Positions 53,707 to 64,000 of a DNA stretch of 64,000 nucleotides are shown here, piece by piece. Position numbers and translations under genes: made by a program. The stretch spans positions 79,194 to 143,193 of the forward strand of contig JAQGDQ010000099.1 of the NCBI GenBank assembly GCA_030141605.1, read 5' to 3'. The first letter of the stretch is position 1; the number at the start of each line of letters is the position of its first letter. Under the pieces are notes generated by a model that did not search any database, was not told the DNA's origin, and saw nothing but the letters and a program-made list of their open reading frames with translations. The DNA comes from Tubiluchus corallicola. Taxonomy: Eukaryota; Animalia; Priapulida.

Positions 53707-54280
53707 TAATTGGCTAATTTAAAAATTTATAATAGTACGCTCAATGTTAAATGGAAACGCACTACATCTCACAAAGGTTCTTAAACTTTCCAAGCATGAG
53801 TTCAAAGTAATGTTGCACAAAAATTTTAGATAACCAATAACCACCATATTACGACCACGTTTGCCGCCATGACAGTGTACAATTAGATTCAGTTTGTTTT
53901 ATTTTGCAGTTGTGCTATATAAAATTACGTGACAACTGGCAACTGGCAAGTTGACAACCATGCACCAGTTACAGCTAAATTGATTTGGGAAAACTAATTT
54001 ACTGTTATTAATTAATTGGTGGTTTTCTACATTTTTATAGACTCGTAGAAACTCGTAAATATTATTTTAAAAAAAATGCGTTGATGCACAACTTTTGGCG
54101 CGCCAAAATTTTATGTTAGCAGACTACAATACACACTAAGTAGGCAGCATGGCGTAATTGTTTTTTTGTGTGTTTCGTGTATACTGAAGTTGTGAACTAT
54201 ATTGTTGTTAGACTATTTGTTGAAGTATATATTTGGAAAAAAATATATTAATTTCACACTTGTTCTTACGATCTTTAATA
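53707..54280. promoter_or_regulatory. Bidirectional promoter region between NUFIP1 (-) and PRCC (+)
   Basis: The two start codons diverge about 630 bp apart. Divergent YY1-like ATGGCG motifs occur at ~53863-53870 (minus, ATGGCGGC) and ~54149-54154 (plus). TATATAAAA at 53916-53924; TTACGTGAC at 53925-53933. Confidence 0.7.
54093..54108. promoter_or_regulatory. Palindromic E2F-type binding site TTTTGGCGCGCCAAAA
   Basis: Perfect 16-bp palindrome matching the E2F consensus on both strands, in an otherwise AT-rich divergent promoter. Confidence 0.65.
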
Positions 54281-57200
54281 ATGTCCTTGGTTGCATATGA
54301 CTCTGATCAAGATAGCGAGAGTAATGATGAAGAAACTGTATTGCCTAAGAAACTTGAAAAAAACGAAGACCGTGACAACTTGTTAACTGCACGGCTTGCC
54401 GAAAATACAGACATAGAATCTGCTCATAATGAAGAGACAGCTAACTTCGTCAAGAGTGAAAGTAGTTCAAGATTTTCGCAACTTTTTGCCGCTTTGCCAA
54501 CACCAAAATTTACTGGCCAACAAAAAGTCGAAATATTAATACCACAATCCAGTTTATTCATAGAAGATGAGGTCACCGATGTGCCACTTGCAAAACACAA
54601 AACATCGATTCAGGGTGATAAATCTAAACAGCAGCACGTGTTATCGAAACTGCCTTTGGATAAAGCAAAGACGCATCATCGCATACAAATAGCCGTACCT
54701 GCTTTATTTGATGTTAGTAGTTACTGCATGATATTATTGGTGTCCTGCAGGAATTGTTTACTGTACATTTAGAAATTGTTAACTATAGCCATGGCATGTT
54801 AGGGGGTGAGCTTAAAATAGCTACTGCCGTCTAATTTGTCATATAGCTTTATGTGCTGTAGAGACCCCTTTCCTGGAAAGTCAGATAATAAAACTATATT
54901 ATTTACAAATACACAGATTAAAGATTAATTTCTGTTAAGTAACATATTCTTTGCGATTTGCCTCGCTTTAATACCGAATGACAAAATTGGCGTGTTAGTG
55001 GGTGAGCTTAAAATAGCTGCTGCCCTGTAATTTGTCCTATAGCTTTATACGCTGTAAAGACCCCCTTCCTGGAAAGTCAGATGATAAAACTATATTATTT
55101 ACAAATACACAGATTAAAGATTAATTTCTGTTAAGTAACATATTTTTTATGTTACTCTCTCTTTAACTAAATACGGAAATGACAAAATTGTTTTGAAAAT
55201 TGATTACTCTATTACATCTAATATAAAAAATTAAAAGTTGCAGTTTACATAATTTGATATTACAATTTGTTTAAAGTTGTCTTTCCAGTTTTATTGTTTA
55301 TTTTCTAACACTAATTATTATGATAGTTACCATTTTAAGGGCCATATATTCTAACAGTTAATATTCAGATAGCGTTTTAAGTTTTAACCAGTACCAGATT
55401 ATCCTATAGGCTAGTATAGGCTGCTGCCAGAGGCCTCTTAAATATTGTCAAATATGATTTTTTTTTGCAAAAATGAGTATAATATTTTAATATTGTGCAT
55501 TGCTGAATGATTCATTTAATTTAAAAGAAAATTTCCACGGTAAAAGAGGCAGCCTGGGACTCTCAAAATCCAATTTTAAAAAGTGATTTTAATTATCTAG
55601 ATGTTACAACTTCTGAATAGTTTCACCCACTGAAATAATACCAGTCTGACAAACTCATATTTATTTTAATTGTTTTATTGTTATGATGCTGGTTAGTTTT
55701 TATAAAAAAAATCTGTTTTTCCACTACGGTTGTTTTGAAATATCCGCTAATTTGGTTTGCAATAAATAATAAAGTAGTGGTATTTCTTAAGGAATATTTT
55801 TATTGAAAACAAAACTTAGCTATTCTAGTTTATTTAACGAATTTGCAATAAGTTTCCTTCAAGCTTTGTAAATGTCACTAGAAGTTATTTTGAGTAAAAA
55901 AATGTTCAAGATGGCTGCTGGCGAGTTAGATGGTGGCTCTGTCTAACAGAGGCACCTAAATTCATTAACCTAAGGACCCCAAAAGTTCATAATCCACCCC
56001 TACAGACATCTTGCTAACTACTAATTTAGGCAGTTTTTCTAGGTACCAAAAATTTTCTTTCTTTATTCATTTTGCCTTATAAATTTTCAGTACTATTACA
56101 TTTTGTCTAAAAACATCTCGTGCTTAGATTTTATTATGTAATAAATAATTCTTTTGGTAATGATGGCAACAATGTGACTACCAACACTATCAGTGCACCA
56201 ACGTCACCAACCATGACAAGTTTAATTAAAGACAGCAACAAATATACAACCATACCAGATGGTATAGATTAGTGGTAACGTGTCCACTTTCCATCTGGGA
56301 GTTTACGAGTTCAATCCTGCGGCTGGGTAATACCTAAGAATTTAAAAATGGTACCTACTGTTGCCCTGCCTGGCACGTTGTTTTTAGGTTAAAAGCAGGG
56401 TAATAATAGCCTCTGTTATGTAATTGTAGAATTGTTATTTACAGTCGGCAAAAAGCTCTTTGAGTTTATGTTAATTGTTATCCAAAGGCCAACCTTTAAC
56501 TAAGGATTATTACTATTAAAATTATGAGAATAAAAACAACGAGAATATTTGGGCAGAGTAAGGTGTAAACCTCTTAGGTGCGTCCGCCTTGTAAGGTCGT
56601 GCACCTTTTTTTTAAAAATTGGATTTTACTAGACTTATCCCTTAGTTATAATAACCGACTAGATTAGTTGAGTATAGACTTTCAAATTAGTTTGATAGTT
56701 TCCCAGGTAAACTCTGGCTTTTCAAAACTTACTTATCTTGTTTATATGGTCATCTAAGGGAACTTATGCATTTGATTGATTTTGATTCATCTTAAACTTT
56801 TCAACAAACTGTTTTTACTTTTAGAATGACTCGGATTCAGATGATGAGAGTTCTGCAAAAAAGAAGCAAAAAATTACAAATGTAAGTATAGTTTTGAAGT
56901 TCATATTCTTTACCATTGATTACAAGTTCCATACAGTCATTACTGTTTTAACCTACTGTGCTGCTCTACGGTCACATTTGTCTGACATCTAGTGGCTGAT
57001 AAGTAAATTTTTGAGTGTGGAGGAATTGGGAGCTTCTGTGGTGCAATTGTTAGCATAGCTGCCCAGATAGCAAAAGATCTTGGGTGTGAGACCCAGTGGA
57101 GGGGAAAATTGATTTTGGATTTTCTAGTTTATTATTAAGGAAACTTTTGTTTGCCAAAGACACTTAAATATTTCATTTAGTTTTCTTTAATATTTGATAA

Positions 57201-60200
57201 AATAAATAATAAAACAAAAAAACTTCTTCTGTCCATTTTTTATTTTGTGCATTGTTTTAATGCTCGGCTATCGTGTTTTGTATGATTCAATGCCTCCTTT
57301 GCATTTCCACAAATGAACAGATAGATTAATGTTCAAAATTTAATGGTACACTTCGTGGATATTTAATGAGTCGTGCTTTTTCATGCTAACTATATTTGAA
57401 ATAACATTCGGCTAACAGGTATCACTGTAAGCGAACCATTTTATGCGTTTCTGTAAGCAGTCATGTTTAGATATTTTAAGTAATAATCATATAAAGGGGT
57501 GACACATATTCGCGATTCACAATGCAGGAACTTACAATACATCAACTAGAAATAATGTTCCAATAAAGTTATACTGCACAAGCACAAGTTTCTGTCTATT
57601 TCCGAATGTTTTTTGTAACACAGTTGATTATAATTACATGCTGTCATGGTTTATAAAATTTATCTTACTATTCAGTTTACAATTATGTACATTTCCATTA
57701 TGTCGTAATCAGGTTATACGTCATTTAGTGACAGCAATATTAATTTTTTTGTGTATAGAGCAAAGGTGTAGGCCTGTTTGCCTTACTGCCTGAGCCTAAA
57801 CATGCTGCCAAGAAAGAAGCAAACCGACCATTGATTCCACAGTCACTAACAAAGAAAACTGCAACCTCGTTAACGAAGAATGCCTCGCCCTCGTTAATGA
57901 GGAGTACACCAACAGTTGTGAAACATACAACATCAAAGACTGTATCAAGGTATTTTGTGTAAATTTGGATTTTTTTGTAAAACATTTGGAGAGATCGCAC
58001 TATATTTAAGCTAGGGCTGTCACCAGGACTGAAATTACCAGACTGGCTCCCCCAATGGGACCAGAGACCACTGAGCATCAACGTAGCCACTAACTCACAT
58101 GTTTTTCACTGTGCTGGTTGTTGCAAAAGGCCGCTCTTTGCTTGCTGTGCCATTTTCGTTAAAAATGAGTGCCATTTTCGAGGCATTCGGTCTGTTGTCG
58201 TGCAAAGTGCCATCACTCGAAAAGCCATATAATTTAGAAATAATGAAAATTCCGGCGCTGTTCCGATGCAGTGGTATTTAATCTGCTAGAACCACCTGAA
58301 CTGCAAACTGTCCAGATTGTTGCTATGTAAACAAAGTGACCTGCTCAAAGTGTAATGATCAAAGTGATGGTTGATAGTTAATGGATTTGTTTTGTATTAC
58401 TTGTCTTCTTACATTATATAAGGTTTGAATTTTGGAAAGAAGAAGGTGCTTAAAAATGTTTTAATTCAGTTTGCCAGCAATATTAGCTACATTGTCCATA
58501 GGAGCATTCAGGTTTATCATAAGTAACAGAATTTTGGTTTATGTAAAATAAATTATTTTTTAGCATTGCCGAGGGAGAAATCTCAGATAGTGATGAGGAC
58601 GAGTCTGGTTTCTTTTCTTTAAACTTAGCAGCATCTTCAGCTTCCGCTCCAACTGTGCTTTCTTCAGCCATGTCAACGGCAACTCTGGGATTGGTTGCTA
58701 CACCTGTTGGTCAAACACAGTCTAGTGATGTGTTAATGAGAACTAGTATCGTGCCTTATTCTGAAAAACCCCTGCAAGGCGACTATGGTGCTTCAAATAA
58801 TGAAGTGTTCCTGAGTGACAATGGGGCAAATGCAAGTATTCATCAAACTCCAATGAGTATGCAGCAGAGTGCAAAAAACACTCAACAAAGCACTCTGAAT
58901 ACTCAGCATGGCATGGTAAATGCCGAGCTGCAGGACAAGCCTCTGCAATTTGCAACAAAACAGAACGATCAGTCACAAATTCAGCCGGTTCGTGGTGACA
59001 GTACCCACAGGAACTTCAATGCTGTACCGCAGGGATTTAGTCAACCACAAACTGCTCAGTATGATTACAGTTTCTACCATAATGATCCTTATACATCTGA
59101 GTACCAAGATCAGGTAAAGTGGATTAGGGGTGTCATGAATCTGATTTTACCAAATCTAAACCAAATTTCATTTTATTACAATTTTCAAATCTCGGTGCAA
59201 AATATTTTTTGAATTCAGATCAAATCTGAATCTCAATTTAAAATAAATTTCGAAACCAAATCCAATTAGAATCCGCTAAAGTAATACAAGAAATCTTAGC
59301 GTTTTTGTTGCAACTGTACAATTAAAATCGTAATGTAGTGCTCACATTCACTGCGAGTTGGACTCACATTGAAACTGTATATGATAACATTTGCTTATTT
59401 ATTAAGTCGGTTTAAATTGTCTAAAAAGGCATTGATTTAAGTAATTTTGCCAAAAACTTAAAGGTAAAAGAGTTTTTAATTGGTTTTGTAAGTGCTACTG
59501 AATCACCTCTGCAACCAAAGCTCAATTGATTTTAAAAAAAAACACTGACAAATCGGGTTGGATCGAACATAGAACTTCGGAGATTCGAATCAAATCCCTC
59601 ATTTGGATTCAACTTCGAAGCTCCGGTTCTGGCAGAGCGTCATGTCATTCTCGACGAACTTATCATTTTTTGTTAAAATTCAATTCAAGTTTGCATTCAA
59701 TTACTTTCTGCAAATTCAAGTACAAGCTTTCATAATAGTTACATGATTATGAGATTTATTCAAGTACTTTATAGTCAAATGTATAGAACCCTGATAATAA
59801 AGCATAAGCCAGTATTACAAGTTGCAAGTTGATCTAAAAATTTGTTATTGTATTAGGAACAATATAATATGTGCCAAGCTGTAGAACTATGTAGACCTCC
59901 AAAGTTTGAAATTTGTAATCTCTGTTTTAAAAGTGTTTCAATAACATTTATCAACTGATGAATTAACAAGTCCAAATTTGTAAGCATGAGAAAATGAAGA
60001 CAGAGTTGTTTTTGAAAACCTCAAATCTCGAGTAGTAACATATGTTCTTACTATGTTCTGTCTTATATGTTCGTCCAGTCAATGTCTTTGATATAACATT
60101 TACAGTGTTACTATAATTACCAGAGAACTGTTTTATCTTCATGCTAGTGTTTTTAAGCTCTTAATTCAATAACTTGTACGATGATTGTGCTCCTTATAAG

Positions 60201-63200
60201 TAATTGTCCATGATAATTAGTTAGACCTTGTTAATTTGCAAATGAGTAATTACAATCACTGTTTGCTCTAATGTAAATTGCATTTCAAATGACACGGTAA
60301 CTACCAGCCTAAACAACATGTCATTTTTACTCAGCGTTATGCTTTTTCAGAGCCTGCAGGATGACTTGGCAGCTGGTCAGTTTCAAAAAGACAGCGAGGT
60401 ACAATTAATATAATATAAAATAATACAAACACTTTATTTTACAAACAAAACACAAGTACAATTAACAAATAAACAAAGCATACAGGAACATGTCCCTACA
60501 ACTACAGGGCTGTTTTTGAGCGTAGTTGATTATGTTAATTGACAATTAATTAAATATTAAATTCTTGGCAGTGCTAGACATTAGGTGATAATTGCATTAG
60601 ATCAAATCATGTCTAGCTTAAATACAAATTATGCGAGTGTGTGTTGAGTTGTTTGACGAGACATTGCTTATTACAGATTAATGAGATTAAGGCGCAGTCT
60701 AACTCACCTAAGGTTGAGCGTTTCTGCATCAATATTCATAAGCAACTTAACATTATTGTTTTCACTGCAAACTGTTACAACTATGCCTCACCATGTTCAT
60801 TTATAATGTTAGACAAAAAAGCGGCTAGTTTTGCCGTACAATTACATAACACAACTGTATAAAAAGGCATATCATTGCAACTTATTGATATAGGCTGCTG
60901 AAATCCTGTAAACCCTGTACTGTGAGGAGGAAATTAAGCTCTTTGGTTTTGGCTAACCCATCACAAAGACGTGTCAGTTACTTTGATTTTACAACTAAAG
61001 GACTGTAGTAGTAAAATAAGAGACATGGAAGTGTGTAAGCATTTTGTATAAAGCAGTGACATCACAATGTAAGACTAGATTTAACAACATACAATTTCAT
61101 TCTCCAAAATTCAGAAATGTTTCCACTTCATAAGATCTGTCAAGCTTGAAGCAATGTGTATGTACTTTTATCATTATAAGCACACCGGACAGCTTTGCAA
61201 ACTTTAAACTTTATCTGTTTATATTATCAGTTGTTGCTGCCTGGTTTCACATCTAACATTTACAACTGCATTCTTTGTAGTAAAATTTTCCACTTGCAAA
61301 GAGGATTTATGGTTGTCAGTCTTTGTTCTGTAGTAATTCGAACATGAGGTTCAAAATGCTGCTGCTACTTAAAAGCTTATATAAACCTAACAGATACTGA
61401 AGTTTTTTAATCCGTTATTATGATTACACAAAGTATTCATAGTTATTTTTACCTTAACTTACCGTTTTCTTGCAAATTTTAAATGTTTGTATTGCTGTAA
61501 AGATCGCCATGTTTCACATCTTGGGTACGAGTGAGCGAAAATGATGTATGAGGTACTGAAAGATTCTTTGGTTACTGATGTTTGTTTACCAATATTTGGT
61601 GACCTTGTGACTGTACTCATGTCTTTCGACTCGAAAAATGGCAGGTCTTCAAATTTACTACCGCTAACAGTGAAGAGATAAAAAATCAAAAGAAACAACT
61701 TACAGTAAATTTATAATAAAATATATTGAATATTTGTAATGAGAGTAGGATTTTAAGTTGGGAAAGCTTATATTATAGTGAGGGTTTAGTTTGACTTTAA
61801 CTTTTTAATTATTCTTCTGCAGTTTCTCAAAATGCAAGGTAAGAGAGAACGAGGCTTGGAACACATAAACATAATAGATGTGAATGCCGATGACCAGCTT
61901 GCAAATGTAGAAGATCACCTTCTCAAGACATTGACTGAAGAAAAAGAACATCGATCTAAGAGAAAAAAAGACGAGCTGCCATCTGCCCAGCAGAAGAGGA
62001 AACATCAGTTGGGATTTCTTGCATTTCAGGTAATTGGTCTAATTATTTTTAATTATGCATGGCTTAAAGAAACAAAAAATTATGTTTATTTTAAGATTTT
62101 ATTTCACAGCATATTTTGTTCTGAAGTAGTGCCTATATAATCAGTGAAGTAATGTCGTGTTGAAATTCAGGAAAATAAGTGACCAAAAATTACAATCAGC
62201 TCAGCTCAGGTGTGAAAACAGGTTAGAGAATATGCATGTACTAAGACTGTAGAAGCCAATGAAATTCATAAAAAGTAAAGAGCCAAATTAAACGATTTTA
62301 AGACGAATGACTGAAGGTGGCAGCACTATGCAAAAGTTTAAAAATCCTGGTGAAAGTATAACAATATTTATTTGGTTTAATTAAAATAATTTCCTTCTGT
62401 CCGAGGCACGTACAGTGTGCGGCTTCATAGAGAATGTAAAGTACTTTTAGAAAATGCTTTCGAATATGAACTACTTTGCAGTATATTCAAATTCACTGAA
62501 ATATTTTTGGGTGACTTCCGTAAACTAAAAATTACATGTTCAGTAGATTAAACATATTCAATTTTGTTTGCACAAAATTTGTTTGTCCATTGTATAAACA
62601 GATTTTGTGGCAAAATAACTGAGCAGGCAATGGGGCCTGACCAAAAGTCTGCAATAAATGGTAACCCCGCATACACTGTATTCAAAGCTATTGTACTAGT
62701 TAAATGACAAAAGTTTGTTCTGTTTTGTGAGTTCTCTTTGCTGGCACGTATGCAACCATGTTTGCTGTAATGGTTGTTATACTGTACTGTCTTGGCTAAA
62801 TTAAATTCCATTATCTATAAGCTTAATAATAACAATTATATTTGTATGCCTCATGCTAAGATTATGAAATACAGCCATTAACTACCAGGTTTTCTGAAAG
62901 CTTTTTTCTGCTACCATGAATTAACTAACCAATGTAATTTTACAATAAAAATTTGCAAAAAACTTTAAGATTTTCTGCTCTTCCTCTTTAAGCACAGTTT
63001 GCTTTCAATGGACAATAATAATGAAAAAGTCTTACATGTGCTTGTTCCACATGCGTGGACAGCTTGTTATACTTAGTTCATTTTGTGATCAAATTTGTTG
63101 CTTTTACTTATACCTATACTGAAAAATTAAGTAATTCTACAAAATTTAACTTGTATTTTGTCATATTCACACCGTAAACATTTTGAAACGAAGTTCTCCA

Positions 63201-63301
63201 TTTTGCTTTTTTAGGCTAAAGAGAGAGAACTAGAGCTAAAAAACGCCTGGGCACAAAATCGCCAGACCAAAAAACAGACACAGTCAAAATACGGTTTTTA
63301 A
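54281..63301 (+). CDS. PRCC: Proline-rich protein PRCC homologue (spliceosome-associated / mitotic checkpoint factor), 7 coding exons, about 523 aa
   Basis: Exons 54281-54712, 56825-56881, 57759-57949, 58564-59113, 60351-60398, 61823-62029, 63215-63301, all GT-AG and in frame. PRCC hallmarks: N-terminal MSLVAYDSD, LFAALPTPK, GLFALLPEPK...EANRPLIP, and the C-terminal QQKRKHQLGFLAFQAKERELELKNAWAQNRQTKKQTQSKYGF-stop. Confidence 0.95.
54793..55190. repeat. ~196-bp tandem duplication in PRCC intron 1
   Basis: 54793-54948 is repeated at 54989-55144 with few substitutions; both copies end in ATGACAAAATTG. Confidence 0.9.
56260..56400 (+). mobile_element. tRNA-derived SINE with a conserved central domain (Meta-SINE-like)
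   Basis: A-box-like TAGATTAGTGG and B-box GAGTTCAATCC, followed by AAAAATGGTACCTACTGTTGCCCTGCCTGGCAC, which resembles a central domain shared by metazoan SINEs. Confidence 0.6.
57029..57110 (+). mobile_element. tRNA-derived SINE head / tRNA-like pseudo-element
   Basis: A-box-like TGGTGCAATTG and degenerate B-box GGGTGTGAGACCC. A related partial copy (GCAAAAGGTCTTGGGTTCGAGT) lies on the minus strand at ~29055-29092. Confidence 0.45.
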
Positions 63302-63582
63302 ACATCGTGAACCAGTTGAGTGACAGAAACTCACCATCACGATGCTCATTTTCACACTAAATACCCATTTAATGCTCACTGTCTATCTTACATGTAAGCA
63401 TATACAGACTATTCCTTCCTACAGCATATACTAAAGTATCGTTTGTAGCGTACACTGTCATGTATATGAAAATGTTTTGCACAAATCTTCTTTTCTGTAG
63501 TAGAATTACGAGTGCAAACTCACATTTTTAATGCCTAGTCTAATGTCAGTTAAGCATGTTTTCTTAAAGCATTAAGCAATTA

Positions 63583-63772
63583 CAGTCAAACGTCTTTATA
63601 CCACGTACTTTGGAACTACGTAAAAAGTTGGCGTTATAACAAGTTTGGTATTATGAGGTGCAGTAATACATACACGTCTAAGCAAATATACGTATGTTTT
63701 AGGTATGGTCTGTACAATATACAAATATGCGTACGGTATTAGAAAGGGGGATGTTATAACGAGGTTTGACTG
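63583..63772. mobile_element. Tc1/mariner-pogo-like MITE
   Basis: TIRs CAGTCAAACGTCTTTATA / TATAACGAGGTTTGACTG, flanked by TA at both ends (63581-63582, 63773-63774). Confidence 0.8.
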
Positions 63773-64000
63773 TATTATCATAAATAGATTTGGCGTTGCA
63801 GAATATTATATGTTGTCAGCAGCTCTGATTATCGTATCGACTTGCATATTTATAGAAATGAACAAATTGATAAGCCAAATTTTTTATTGTAAAGATTTTC
63901 TGTAATATTGTTTTAAAACCTTGTAAAAAGCATTCTGTGTTTTTTTTAAACTAGTTCTGAACATTATGTAAAGATGTAACAATTTGACAGAAGTATTGAA

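Overview
AT-rich genomic DNA from an invertebrate animal (spliceosomal GT-AG introns, microsatellites, SINE/LINE/MITE debris); no prokaryotic features, CRISPR arrays or rRNA seen. Three conserved housekeeping genes could be reconstructed by hand: KANSL3 (minus strand, 13 coding exons, 47500->31544, about 1405 aa, with a very long low-complexity last exon carrying AT-hook motifs), NUFIP1 (minus strand, apparently intronless CDS, 53652->52216) and PRCC (plus strand, 7 coding exons, 54281->63301, about 523 aa). NUFIP1 and PRCC are head-to-head across a ~0.6 kb interval containing a perfect palindromic E2F site. A further minus-strand exon (10331->9995) encodes the signal-peptide N-terminus of a secreted protein whose downstream exons I could not place. 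Positions 1-31000 are otherwise non-coding, with a hAT element (8-bp TSD), a Helentron/HINE-type element nested in another repeat, Harbinger-like MITEs, foldbacks, tRNA-derived SINEs and CR1-like LINE fragments. Most ORFs in the supplied track are microsatellite or antisense artefacts. I see no strong evidence for a wholly new biological system. The best leads are the AT-hook-bearing KANSL3 tail, the compact KANSL3-NUFIP1-PRCC arrangement, and a relic duplicate of the NUFIP1 start region.
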